DNA from: an uncultured Verrucomicrobiae bacterium
Lineage (GTDB): Bacteria; Verrucomicrobiota; Verrucomicrobiia; Chthoniobacterales; UBA10450
Assembly: GCA_963772365.1 (NCBI GenBank)
Contig: CAVYXA010000003.1
Coordinates: forward strand, 32,001 to 96,000
Direction of reading: 5' to 3'
DNA: 64,000 bases
Shown here: positions 1 to 10,360 of the stretch, piece after piece
Position numbering within the stretch: the stretch's first letter is position 1
Layout: the number at the start of each line of letters is the position of its first letter
The notes under the pieces: generated by a model
The model's database searches: none
What the model was told of the DNA's origin: nothing
The model's input: only the letters and a program-made list of their open reading frames with translations
Position numbers and translations under genes: made by a program

Positions 1-1240
1 ATATTTCCCGTTCCATTCCGACCATGGCGCGGGAAAATTCCCGACCTGATAACCTCCGTCTCCCACATCCCACGGTTCTGCGATTAGTTTCACTTGCGAT
101 AAGATCGGGTCCTGCCGGATCACTTTAAAGAAACCATGGAACTTGTTTACGCCCGTGCCGTCGCGTGCGAGTGCCGGAGCCAGATCAAACCGGAACCCAT
201 CGACACGCATTTCGTTCACCCAATAGCGCAGGCTATCCATTACCATTTGCAAGGTGCGGGAATGCAGCGTGTCGAGGGTGTTGCCCGTACCGGTGAAATC
301 GAGATAGAATCGCGGATTGTCTGACAGCAATCGATAATAAGAAACATTGTCGATCCCACGGAAACAAAGAGTCGGCCCGAGCCGGTTGCCTTCCGCGGTA
401 TGATTGTAAACGACGTCGAGAATCACCTCGAGCTCGGCAGCGTGCAACGCGCGCACCATGGATTTAAACTCCATCACTTGCTGGCCTAATTGCCCGCTGC
501 TGGAATAATCGCCCTGCGGCGCAAAAAAACCGATCGTGTTGTATCCCCAATAATTTGTCAGGCCACGGTCAATCAGCGCTTTGTCATTTATGTGCGCGTG
601 CACTGGCAAAAGTTCCACTGCCGTGGCGCCGAGATTCTTGAAATAAGCAATTGCAGCATCGCTGCCCAGCCCGGCGTAAGTACCGCGTAACTGTTCCGGA
701 ACGTCGGGCCAAAGTTTCGTAAATCCTTTGACGTGGATCTCGTAAATGACCGATTGATTCAGCGGCGTGCCGGGTTTTCGATCATCGCCCCAGTCGAATG
801 CATTATCGATTACGACGGATTTCGGCATTCCGCCGGCGTCATCTCGTAAATCGGCCGCCAAATCCTCCTTTTCGTTCCCGACGACGTAGGCAAACATTTC
901 GTCGCCCCAATGGACGTTTCCGGTGATTGCTTTGGCGTACAGGATCGATCAGCAATTTCGCATTATTGAAACGCATTCCATGTTCAGGATCGTACGGTCC
1001 GGAAATGCGATATCCATATAGCTGACCTGGCCGGGCCTCGGGCAGAAAAACATGCCAGACGTGATCGCTGCTTTCGGTGATGGGTATTCGCACGATCTCC
1101 TGAGAGGCGTCCGGTCGATCAAACAAACAAAGATCGACAGTCGCAGCATGTTCGGAAAACAACGCGAAGTTGACGCCATTGCCCATCCACGTCGCGCCAA
1201 GCGGATAGGGATGCCCGAGCCAGGTTCTCACCGAAGTCAT
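1..1240 (-). CDS. glgX: Glycogen debranching enzyme GlgX (3' end runs off the window; internal frame breaks)
   Basis: N-terminus [18 protein letters not shown]...[11 protein letters not shown]; downstream frames give [34 protein letters not shown] and [10 protein letters not shown]; frame break near 941. Confidence 0.93.
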
Positions 1241-1427
1241 AAACGCGCGCAATCCTATGCACGCGCGAGTGCGCGTTAGCAAGGGCATGAGCAGAATTCG
1301 AAAGATTCTGCACTTTGAACAGCAAACGATTTGATTAATTACGCCTCGCGCTTCCTCTGTCGCTTTCAGCTTGTGGAGCGAGCGCTTGAGCCACACATTT
1401 CTACGGATTCTTGATCCTGTTTCTGAT

Positions 1428-1991
1428 ATGCGATTTCTCGATCCATTTTGGCTGGGTATCATTTACGGTTTATCCGAGCTGTATCTTGCCTTCACCCGGC
1501 GCTCTCGCTCCAATGTTCCGTCGCGAGACCGGCGCTCGCTAATTGTGCTCTGGGTTGTGATTGTAATAAGCATCTTCGTAGCGATTCAAATGGTCTGGCT
1601 CGTGCGGGGCGCTGCTCTGCCGGCTCCCGGAGGTTTTTATATTTTTGGGTTTATTCTGTTTCTCGGCGGGCTGATTTTGCGTTGGTACTCGATCGGTTAT
1701 CTCGGCCGCTATTTCACTGTTAACGTGGCCATCGATCCGGAACATGAGGTGATCGATTCCGGCCCCTATCGCCATGTCCGCCATCCTTCCTACACCGGAG
1801 CGCTCCTGGCCTTTATCGGATTCGGTTTTTGCCTTGGCAATTGGTTGTCGATCCTGTTTCTCACTGTCCCGGTCGTCGCCGCCTTTCTGTGGCGGATTCG
1901 AATCGAGGAAAGCGCGTTGCTCGAAGCGCTCGGCCAGGATTACCGCGACTATATGCGGCGCACGAAACGTTTGATTCCGTTGGTTTATTAG
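1428..1991 (+). CDS. Isoprenylcysteine carboxyl methyltransferase (ICMT/PEMT) family membrane protein
   Basis: Several TM segments; GPYRHVRHPSYTG and RIRIEE...LGQDY..Y motifs; ATG at 1428 preferred. Confidence 0.88.
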   Translation: MRFLDPFWLGIIYGLSELYLAFTRRSRSNVPSRDRRSLIVLWVVIVISIFVAIQMVWLVRGAALPAPGGFYIFGFILFLGGLILRWYSIGYLGRYFTVNVAIDPEHEVIDSGPYRHVRHPSYTGALLAFIGFGFCLGNWLSILFLTVPVVAAFLWRIRIEESALLEALGQDYRDYMRRTKRLIPLVY

Positions 1992-2009
1992 GGGCCGGGC
2001 TCGAAATCG

Positions 2010-2546
2010 TTAACGAACGCCTGCCAGTTCCTGCTCGTGTGGAAGCGGAGGCTTGGTCTTGTCCCGTTTGAGGACAAGGTACAAAAACCAAACGATAAAG
2101 CAGTTCACGAAGAGAATTACCGCTCCGGCGATTCCTGGCCTGTGCCACAAGTGACGTACTTCGAGCGGGATCAACGCGGCCGTGGCAAAAATCATCAGGA
2201 ACTCGGCCCAGCGTTTCTGCATGTAAACACCGATTCCTTCGGTAAAGAGCACGCCGGAATAAAACAGAGCCAGGGAAGCTGTCGCGACCAGCGCACCACC
2301 CGCCAGCATCGCTTGAACTTTATTGAGTAGAAAGATAACCGCTCTGCTGTGCTCGAGCAGGATTTCGTCACCCGCCCAATTGGAAATTGCATCCAGCCAC
2401 CGTGTTCGGCTATTCAGGAATAGTAGCGAAAATCCAAGCACCAGCAGCAGGATCGCTTTACCGATTTTAAACAGCGCGATCAGCTTGAGATAGCGAACCC
2501 GGCGTGCGCCTTCCAGAATAGCAAGCTCGTGCGCGCGTTGGCTCAT
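2010..2546 (-). CDS. DUF2127-like membrane protein
   Basis: IALFKIGKA, EGIG...KRWAE, IPLE motifs and four hydrophobic segments. Confidence 0.75.
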   Translation of the reverse strand: MSQRAHELAILEGARRVRYLKLIALFKIGKAILLLVLGFSLLFLNSRTRWLDAISNWAGDEILLEHSRAVIFLLNKVQAMLAGGALVATASLALFYSGVLFTEGIGVYMQKRWAEFLMIFATAALIPLEVRHLWHRPGIAGAVILFVNCFIVWFLYLVLKRDKTKPPLPHEQELAGVR

Positions 2547-2569
2547 TATCCATTCTTTGCCGAAGTGGA

Positions 2570-2974
2570 CTATTCCGCAATCACTGGATTTTCGCGGCAG
2601 CAGATTTCCAGCTTGTTGCCGTCCGGGTCCTCGAAGAAGCAAGCGTAATATCCGCGACTGTAGGCACGACAGAGCTCCGGGCCCTCAAGATTCTGGCCGC
2701 CGATTTTCTTGACCAATTTGGCAATGCGATCCACACCAGCGCGCGTGTCCGCCCAGAATGCAATGCGCGTCCCATTCGGTTGATGTTGTCGATCCTGGGT
2801 AAAACCGAAAAATTCCAAAGGCTTATCGGATCCGACGGAATAAAACGTGGCCCATTTTCCCGCGGAACGGTTGCAGGTGAAGCCGAGAGCCGGCAGAAGC
2901 TTTTCGTAAAATTTCATCGCCTGCCGAAAATCTTTTACTCGCAAATCAATGTGATCGAAGCGTCGCGTTTTCAT
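2570..2974 (-). CDS. VOC/glyoxalase family protein
   Basis: FDHIDLRVKD N-terminus; YYACFFEDPDGNKLEI C-terminus. Confidence 0.88.
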   Translation of the reverse strand: MKTRRFDHIDLRVKDFRQAMKFYEKLLPALGFTCNRSAGKWATFYSVGSDKPLEFFGFTQDRQHQPNGTRIAFWADTRAGVDRIAKLVKKIGGQNLEGPELCRAYSRGYYACFFEDPDGNKLEICCRENPVIAE

Positions 2975-3381
2975 TTATCTCTTGTTCGATTTTCTCGCCG
3001 AATCATCAATTTCAATCCTGACCAGGTCTCATCGACAGCGCACACCTTTACATCCACGAATCCCAGCGGCAGCGCAACCGCGCGGATTACGTCCTCGGTT
3101 ACATCGGTCGGAACGCGGGACGATTTTTTCGGCCAGGAAACCCAGACCACTCCACTCTCGGCAATCATAGCGCGCAAATTTTTCAGTTCCTGTGCCAGCT
3201 CTACGCGACGGCTCGTGAAGAAATGAACGAAATCGGCGCCATCTTTCGGCCTTGAAAGAAACGTGATTTCTCTTGCGGCGCGGCCAAGCAATTTTCGATA
3301 GTCAGGCGGTTCGTTGATGACAACCACCTTTTCCTTGATCCCAAGCTTTTTCGCGAGCGGTGTACCCGAGTAACCGGCCAT
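2971..3381 (-). CDS. DUF3052 family protein
   Basis: MAGYSGTPLAKKLGIK, WVSWPKK, VDVKVCAVDETWSGLK; ATGA overlap with the VOC gene. Confidence 0.82.
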   Translation of the reverse strand: MAGYSGTPLAKKLGIKEKVVVINEPPDYRKLLGRAAREITFLSRPKDGADFVHFFTSRRVELAQELKNLRAMIAESGVVWVSWPKKSSRVPTDVTEDVIRAVALPLGFVDVKVCAVDETWSGLKLMIRRENRTRDK

Positions 3382-3440
3382 GCCGAACTGCTTACCGGCT
3401 GGGTCGGTATTTGCAACAATGCCTGGGCGATGCGACTGCG

Positions 3441-4304
3441 ATGAAATTGCCTGTGCGAATTAGGATCGACATCTTCTCGTGCGTTGCGCTCCTGTTTCTT
3501 TTTTGTTCCGGATGCCGCCACCGGGACAATGCCGTCTCAGGGACCATTGAAATGGATGAGGTCCACGTCGGTCCGCGAGTCGGCGGACGTGTAGAAAAAA
3601 TTTTCGCATGGGAAGGAACTCATTTGCGGAAGGGAGAGCCGATCGTCGAGCTGGAAGCATCCGAGCTAAGAGCACGGCGTGATTTGGCGGAGGCGCAAAT
3701 CAACACCGCCATTCAGGATTCTCAGGCGACCGCCGCTCAACTCGATTTCCTGCGCGATGAAGCCAAGCGTCAACAGGATTTGCTCAAACGAAAAGTAGTT
3801 TCGCCGAGCGACGCTCAGCGGGCGGAAATGAGCGCGAAAGCGGAAGAAAAAAATCTCGAGGCGGCCCAGATGCGGATTACGCAGGCGCGGGCGCAGTTGG
3901 CCGATATCGATGCCCAACTGGCTGAGATGCAGATCGTGGCGCCAGCCGATTCCATTCTGGAAGTGTTGAGCGTCCGGGTCGGCGATGTGATTCCGGCGAA
4001 TCGAGAAGTCGCGACGCTTCTCCTGCCGCAACATCTTTGGGTCCGGGTTTATGTTCCCGAACCATGGCTGGGCCGGATTCGGATCGGCGAACATGTCCGC
4101 GTGCGCGTCGATTCTTTTCGCGGTGTGGATTTCGATGGCGTGGTCGAGCAAATAAATCGTCAGGCCGAATTCACGCCGCGCAACGTACAAACGGTCTCAG
4201 ACCGGATTCGTCAGGTCTTCGGAGTGAAAATTCGTTTACCGAGCAACGATCCACGTCTCCGCGCGGGCATGGCGGCCGACGCATATTTTCCAAACGTGGA
4301 ATGA
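3441..4304 (+). CDS. HlyD-family periplasmic adaptor (probable lipoprotein)
   Basis: Signal ending FCSGC; SGTIE, coiled-coil hairpin, AEFTPRNVQT and LRAGM motifs. Confidence 0.88.
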   Translation: MKLPVRIRIDIFSCVALLFLFCSGCRHRDNAVSGTIEMDEVHVGPRVGGRVEKIFAWEGTHLRKGEPIVELEASELRARRDLAEAQINTAIQDSQATAAQLDFLRDEAKRQQDLLKRKVVSPSDAQRAEMSAKAEEKNLEAAQMRITQARAQLADIDAQLAEMQIVAPADSILEVLSVRVGDVIPANREVATLLLPQHLWVRVYVPEPWLGRIRIGEHVRVRVDSFRGVDFDGVVEQINRQAEFTPRNVQTVSDRIRQVFGVKIRLPSNDPRLRAGMAADAYFPNVE

Positions 4305-4305
4305 C

Positions 4306-5268
4306 ATGGAACCGATGATCGAATGCGACGGACTGACGAAACGTTTCGGGACGTTTACCGCTGTCGATCATGTGTCGTTTTCCGTCGGCAAGGGATCGAT
4401 CTTCGGATTTCTTGGGCCGAATGGCTCGGGCAAATCGACCGTGATTCGGATGTTGTGCGGAATTTTGGAGCCGAGCGAAGGCACGGCGCGAATCGGTGGC
4501 CACGATATCGTCCGCGAGATCGAACCGATCAAGGAAATGATCGGCTATATGTCGCAGCAATTTTCTCTCTATGACGAGCTCACTACTAATGAGAACCTGA
4601 TCTTTGCCGGAAAACTTTATGGGCTAAGTGGTCGCAAGCTCACAGAACGCCGCGATGAAATGATCGCTACCACGCATCTCGAACCGTACATCAACAGGCG
4701 GGCCGGCTTACTCTCCGGAGGATGGCGCCAGCGTCTGGCCATGGCCTGTTCGCTCATGCATCACCCAACGGTTCTTTTTCTGGACGAACCGACTGCCGGG
4801 ATCGACCCGGTCGCGCGACGCGAGCTTTGGGATTTGCTTTTCAAATTTGCCGGCGAAGGCATGACCCTTTTCGTTACCACTCATTACATGGATGAAGCCG
4901 AACGCTGCGATCACGTCGGCTACATTTACATGTCGAAGCTAATCGTCTGCGGCGAACCGGATGAATTGAAAAGCATGCCGGAAGTTACGCCATCGGGAAC
5001 GCGACGTCTCGATGTGACATGCGATCATGTGACAACTGCCTTGCGCGCCATGCAGGAGCTCGATGGTGTTCGCAGTGCCACAGTTTTCGGTCAATCCATG
5101 CACCTTCTGGTCGACGAAAGCGTGTCTCGCGCGCAGATCGATGAGAAATTGCACAGCGTGGGCATCTCACAAGCCGAGATTCACGAGATCGGTCCGTCGC
5201 TGGAAGATGTATTCGTTACCTTGAGCGCGAAATATGCCGGCGAGAAGACCGGACAGAAAGCAGCCTGA
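4306..5268 (+). CDS. ABC transporter ATP-binding protein (ABC-2/drug-export type)
   Basis: Walker A GPNGSGKS, signature LSGGWRQR, Walker B LFLDEPT, H-loop TTHYM. Confidence 0.95.
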   Translation: MEPMIECDGLTKRFGTFTAVDHVSFSVGKGSIFGFLGPNGSGKSTVIRMLCGILEPSEGTARIGGHDIVREIEPIKEMIGYMSQQFSLYDELTTNENLIFAGKLYGLSGRKLTERRDEMIATTHLEPYINRRAGLLSGGWRQRLAMACSLMHHPTVLFLDEPTAGIDPVARRELWDLLFKFAGEGMTLFVTTHYMDEAERCDHVGYIYMSKLIVCGEPDELKSMPEVTPSGTRRLDVTCDHVTTALRAMQELDGVRSATVFGQSMHLLVDESVSRAQIDEKLHSVGISQAEIHEIGPSLEDVFVTLSAKYAGEKTGQKAA

Positions 5269-5296
5269 AGGCGTCGATTACGCAGCCCTCGCATTC

Positions 5297-5406
5297 CGCC
5301 TCTCCTCCTTGTAGCAAGGAGAGAGGATTGAGGTGAGGGTTCTTAAAGATAGAAAAATCAAAGTCATCAACCCTTACCTACCTTCTCCCTTGGGAAGGGA
5401 GAGGCG
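5297..5406. repeat. Palindromic REP-like element between convergent genes
   Basis: CCTCTCCTCCTTG-tag-CAAGGAGAGAGG..GGTGAGGGTT paired with AACCCTTACC..TCTCCCTTGGGAAGGGAGAGGCG. Confidence 0.6.
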
Positions 5407-5457
5407 AAGCACGATGAATCCATTACACTAGCTGGCGAAGCGCTCTCCCAGGTAGCA

Positions 5458-6795
5458 TCACCAGCTCAAAAAACGCAGGGCTAAGTCGCGCCTGCTGATT
5501 TTTCCGCGCTCGTTCGTGGGGATTTGATCGACAATGAAAATCCGTTTTGGCGTTTGCCAGCCGCTCAAACTGGTCCGGCAAAATTCGATTAGATCATTCT
5601 CGCGAACGTCAACATCCGTCACTACACAGGCGACGACTTCTTCGTTTCGCAACGCCGATTGCCTCCCAAAGACGATTGCCTGACGCACGCCCCCGAAAAG
5701 GAGTAAATGCTCTTCTATTTCAGCCGGATTCACTTTCTTGCCGGCTACATTGATCATATCCGAAATCCGGCCAACGATTCGGAATCCGGTTGCGTCACAC
5801 GCGAGCAAATCATCCGGAACAAAAATCCCGTTGCCTAATTTCTCTTCATCCGGCTCGGGAAAATAGCCGTCACCGACAGCCGCACTGCGGACACGAACCT
5901 GACTGGAGGACGCAGTAGTATCGACAATTTCAAGATCGACGGTTTTCATTCGCTGACCGACAAATCCTTCGATGTCACTGATTCCCTCGCGGTCGTAACA
6001 AATTCCGCCGCATTCCGACGCACCGTAGAACGAGTGGATCGACAATCCGAATTTCTCCCGGAATTTTTTGGCAACTGCAACCGAAAGCGGAGCGCCCGCG
6101 GAAATACAGAGGCGGAGTTTTGGCAATGCCGGAACCTGGGTCATTTCGCAAAGCGCCTGGTAAAACAGCGGCATTCCGGGAAAAACCGTCGCGCCGGTCC
6201 GGGCGAGATCGACAAGGACGGCTCGCGGTGTTCGGTCCTGGCTAACGACCATCGGCACGCCGCGGGCGATTAGCGGCGTAAGCAGGTTGCTGAACCCGTA
6301 GGAATGTGAAATGGGGATCACCCCGAAATTAAGATCGACATCGGAAATTCCCATGGTGTCACAGATTTGCTCGCAATCGGCCAGGAGTTGTTCGCTGCGA
6401 AATCGAACAAGACGCGGTGTTCCCGTTGTGCCGGAGGTCAATTTAAACAGGACCGGCGGTTTATCTTTCCAATCGAAGACGGCGCTTTTTGCGGCGACCG
6501 AAACCGCCGCATCGGCCTGGTGCTCGCTGATAGATTGATCAATAGGAAGGACAACCTGCTGTTTGCGCAGGGAGGCCAGGAACAGTGATGGCCAGTCTTC
6601 ATGATTCCCGATTCGAATTGCATTTACGTTATGCGGCTTCAGCGCCGGCATTCTTGCTTCTACATCGCGTGCGTGTTTTTCAATTCCACGGAACGTCCGC
6701 AAAACCTCGCCGGCAGTATTGAAAATCGCCGGCGCATCACCTTTTCGGGCGAGCGTTTTTTCCCAGGCCACAAGCAATGCGTCCTGCGATTTCAT
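5458..6795 (-). CDS. Class I adenylate-forming (AMP-binding) enzyme, acyl-CoA ligase-like
   Basis: TSGTTGTPR P-loop, ISHSYG, FYGASECG, GRISDMINVAGKKVNPAEIE, IPTNERGK. Confidence 0.9.
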   Translation of the reverse strand: MKSQDALLVAWEKTLARKGDAPAIFNTAGEVLRTFRGIEKHARDVEARMPALKPHNVNAIRIGNHEDWPSLFLASLRKQQVVLPIDQSISEHQADAAVSVAAKSAVFDWKDKPPVLFKLTSGTTGTPRLVRFRSEQLLADCEQICDTMGISDVDLNFGVIPISHSYGFSNLLTPLIARGVPMVVSQDRTPRAVLVDLARTGATVFPGMPLFYQALCEMTQVPALPKLRLCISAGAPLSVAVAKKFREKFGLSIHSFYGASECGGICYDREGISDIEGFVGQRMKTVDLEIVDTTASSSQVRVRSAAVGDGYFPEPDEEKLGNGIFVPDDLLACDATGFRIVGRISDMINVAGKKVNPAEIEEHLLLFGGVRQAIVFGRQSALRNEEVVACVVTDVDVRENDLIEFCRTSLSGWQTPKRIFIVDQIPTNERGKISRRDLALRFLSW

Positions 6796-6845
6796 GGCTT
6801 GCAACCGTGCGTGGATGCGAGTAAGTTCCGCGCTCCTTTTCGAAC

Positions 6846-7073
6846 ATGAAAACGGGTATCCATCCAGAGTATCACGAGACCGATATCATTTGTGCGTGCG
6901 GGACGGTGTATCATACCCGTTCCACGCGGCGGGATATTAAGATCGGTATTTGTGCCGCTTGTCATCCGTTTTTCACTGGCGAACAAAAGTTCGTCGATAC
7001 CGCCGGGCGCGTCGAGAAATTCGCCAAGCGATACGGCAGCATCAAAGCCGCGCGCGCTAGCAAGAAAGCTTAG
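6846..7073 (+). CDS. rpmE: 50S ribosomal protein L31 (Zn-binding form)
   Basis: MKTGIHPEY..CACG..CAACHPFFTG..DTAGRVEKF. Confidence 0.97.
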   Translation: MKTGIHPEYHETDIICACGTVYHTRSTRRDIKIGICAACHPFFTGEQKFVDTAGRVEKFAKRYGSIKAARASKKA

Positions 7074-7130
7074 CTGATTCGTCTTCCGGGATGCTGACCT
7101 AAAAGCATTTAGGCCCGGCATTTTTTGTCC

Positions 7131-8234
7131 ATGGACTTCAATTCTCTGATCGAACGGAAACGCGAGCGATTCGACCAACTGGAACGCGAGATCGCCGATC
7201 CGACGCTGTTTTCGAACCGAAAAAGGGCGAGCGAGCTGATGCGGGAGCATGCCAACATCAAACAGTTGCTAGGGAAGTGGGACGAACTGCAGGCTGCTCG
7301 GCGACAGCTGGATGACAATCGCGAGCTGGCCATGTCGCGCGATGTCGAGATTGCGGCCATGGCGGACGATGAAATCCCGGACTTGGAAAAGCGCGTGGCC
7401 GACCTCGAGCGCGATGTTCAGATCGCATTGCTGCCGCCGGATGAGAACGAAGAGCGCGATGCCATTGTGGAAATCCGCGCCGGCACGGGCGGGAGCGAAG
7501 CTGCCATTTTCGCTGCTGATCTTTACCGGATGTATCATCGTTACGCCGAAGCGAACGGATTGAAAACGGAAGACCTCGAACTGAGTCCATCCGAGCTCGG
7601 CGGATTGAAGGAAACGATTTTTCGAGTTTCTGGCGAATCGGTATTTCGGAAGCTGCGTTATGAAAGCGGGGTGCACCGCGTTCAACGCGTCCCGGCCACG
7701 GAAGCGCAGGGGCGCATTCACACATCCACGGCGACGGTAGCGGTTTTGCCGGAAGCGGAAGATGTCGATGTGGAATTGAAGCCCGAAGATTTGCGCATTG
7801 AAGTTTCACGCGCCGGCGGCCCTGGCGGGCAGGGCGTCAATACAACCGATTCCGCCGTGCAGGTTCTGCACATTCCGACGAACACTATTGTTCGTTGTCA
7901 GGATGGCCGCAGTCAGTTGAAAAATAAAGAGCGCGCGTTATCGATCCTGCGGGCCCGATTACTGGAGCGAAAGCAGAATGAGGAAGCCGAGAAATATAGT
8001 GCGCAACGGCGTGGGCAAATCGGAACCGGCGGGCGCGAAGAGAAGATCCGCACCTACAATTTCCCGCAGAATCGAATCACCGATCATCGAATCGGACTCA
8101 CGCTTTATAACCTCGATCGCGTGATCGACGGCAACCTTGGTGAATTGATCCAGTCCCTGCAAGCAGCAGATTTGGCCGAGCGACTGAAGGAATCTGCAAC
8201 ACAAGTAACACCAGTTTCCCAACCGGCGACGTGA
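7131..8234 (+). CDS. prfA: Peptide chain release factor 1
   Basis: GGQ motif (GPGGQGVN), PAT codon-recognition loop in VPATE, RTYNFPQNRITDHR. Confidence 0.97.
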   Translation: MDFNSLIERKRERFDQLEREIADPTLFSNRKRASELMREHANIKQLLGKWDELQAARRQLDDNRELAMSRDVEIAAMADDEIPDLEKRVADLERDVQIALLPPDENEERDAIVEIRAGTGGSEAAIFAADLYRMYHRYAEANGLKTEDLELSPSELGGLKETIFRVSGESVFRKLRYESGVHRVQRVPATEAQGRIHTSTATVAVLPEAEDVDVELKPEDLRIEVSRAGGPGGQGVNTTDSAVQVLHIPTNTIVRCQDGRSQLKNKERALSILRARLLERKQNEEAEKYSAQRRGQIGTGGREEKIRTYNFPQNRITDHRIGLTLYNLDRVIDGNLGELIQSLQAADLAERLKESATQVTPVSQPAT

Positions 8235-8317
8235 AGGGGACGGCTGGAAGTCGTCAGGCGTTTGGGTCGCGTTCAAAACACCATTGCGTGCGGCGGGTTG
8301 ATTTGTTACAACGCGAC

Positions 8318-8959
8318 ATGGATTCCCAATCCCTGACTATTTTGGTGGGAGCATTCCAGCGTATCCTTGGCATCCTGATCGGCGGGATGTTGGTTTATTT
8401 CGGGTATCGCCTTTTTCTCAGTCTCCCCGGCAAGCGTGGACGCGAGGGCGGCAGCGGTGAGTTTTCCCTTGGCGGTGCAACGAAGGTGAAATTGAGCAAA
8501 GTGGGACCGGGTATATTCTTCGCGATTTTTGGCGCTGGACTGATTGCGTATTCGTTTGCCAGGCCGATGAAGGTAAATATTCCCGCATCCCAAACCCAGC
8601 CCAGCGCCACAAATGCTCCAAGCGCTCAAACTACTCCCGCTGCGGCCAATGGAGTGATCGCTACATCTGGATTTAGCTACGTAGGATTCGGTTCCGCTCC
8701 GGAAACGGACGAAGATCGTGTGCGGATGCGAACCGAAACTCAGGAAGACATCGTCGTCCTAAACCGAGCGCTGGATAGCGCAGATGCGTCCGAGCGGCCA
8801 AAGCTCGAGCGTGCGGTGGTGAAAGCGAAGATCGCGCTGATGGAACCGTTATGGGCCGATGATTGGGGCGAACTGAAGGATTTTCGCGATTGGCTCGCGA
8901 AAGGCGGCACCCCATCCGGTAGCACCAAGGCCGCTGTCGATTACTTTCAGCAGAAGTAG
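8318..8959 (+). CDS. Hypothetical membrane protein (two N-terminal TM helices)
   Basis: Two hydrophobic helices with a GPGIFF motif, then a low-complexity linker and helical C-terminus. Confidence 0.65.
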   Translation: MDSQSLTILVGAFQRILGILIGGMLVYFGYRLFLSLPGKRGREGGSGEFSLGGATKVKLSKVGPGIFFAIFGAGLIAYSFARPMKVNIPASQTQPSATNAPSAQTTPAAANGVIATSGFSYVGFGSAPETDEDRVRMRTETQEDIVVLNRALDSADASERPKLERAVVKAKIALMEPLWADDWGELKDFRDWLAKGGTPSGSTKAAVDYFQQK

Positions 8960-8965
8960 GCTGCC

Positions 8966-10298
8966 GTGCAGAGAGTACTTCTCTATCGGTCTTGCAATCA
9001 CGGCGTGCACTGTCACCACTCTATTCGGGCAGAATCTTTCGCGGCTCTATCCAGAGAAAAAGTTGCAAGCCGATGCCGCCCGATGGACCGAACAAATCCG
9101 GGCCGAGTATCACGAAACCGTTCTGCCGCAGCTGACCGACGAGGAGCGCAGCGCGCTTAGCGGGGTAAAGATTGAGGTGCCGCTGGCTGGGCCTAACGGA
9201 GATCCGTTCTCCTTCTACATGGACAATAAAAACACGATTCACCTGCCTGCGCTTTCACTGCGCTTCTTTTCGGATCTGTGCGTGGCCAACGCTTGGCTCA
9301 ATGCTCATGGATACGACGGCACGACCGTCCGCGATTACGTCGGTCTGCTCTTTCGCGAAGCAACAGCTTCCCCCAGTGCTCCGCTTCCGTCGATTTTCCG
9401 CACTCTCGGTGTTCCGGATAATGCGCGGGAAGAACCAGCCGTGGCCAATCGAGCAGACAGGAATTTTGGAAACACGATTGTCTTTCTCCTGGCGCATGAG
9501 CTAGGGCATGCGCTGAAACAACATCGAACCGATTTGAGCGACCCCGTGGAAAAGCGGAAACAGGAAATCGAGGCGGACGCATTTGCAATCGAAATCATGC
9601 GGCGTATCGCGCAGGTGCCCACCGGTGTTGAGTTTTGGTTTGACATGGAGCACAGCGGACACGTTGCGCCGCGTAAATTTGCTACCGAAGCCCTATGGCA
9701 GAAATACCTTACTGGCTTGGATCACCCGGTCACTCCACATCGATTAGAAGCTCTCGCAGCGGGTATCGAAAAAGCTCCGGATTCATTCGCCCGCAATCAG
9801 ACAAATCAGGCGCTTTGGACGCAACGTTCGAAGATTTTGGCGCAATACTTTCGCATTAGCGCGCCGCAGTGGACAACCAATCCGGTGGCACACCGGGCTG
9901 AGTATGAACGGGTGGACGGCTTGCACAAAACAGATCTGAATCCGCGCAAAGCGGTCTTTACGATCCCGGGTAGTGAGCACGAACCTGATTTTAATGGCTT
10001 GTTCGCGGTCCGCAGAACGGCCGCCGACGGCAGCCAGGACAAAGTAGACCTTCTATTAATGCGTACGGGCGATGAAGTGATGGGGGGTTATTCGAACGGC
10101 AAAAGCGATGGCTTCATCGAAGGCAAAGTTGTTGGTGGGGTGATGCATTTCACCTGGCGCGAGGGAAACACGAACGGTAACGGCGTCGCGCAAGTGCAAG
10201 GCGATTCATTTAGCGGCACCTGGGGAATAGGCGAGTCGGACCAGGGTGGAGGCAAACTTAGCGGGATTCGGCAAAAGCCAAACAAGTCTGGACGATGA
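8966..10298 (+). CDS. Secreted zinc metallopeptidase, M48-like (HEXXH), with Gly-rich beta C-terminal domain; probable 5' frame break
   Basis: LAHELGH, EIEADAFA, DHP..RL; signal-like SIGLAITACTVTTLFG lies in frame upstream of ORF 9063, while the GTG at 8966 is out of frame. Confidence 0.7.
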
Positions 10299-10360
10299 AC
10301 CGTTTCTAGACGGACACGCCTCGAACAAGCAATCCTCATTGTTTTCGGTTAATTAAGGGC

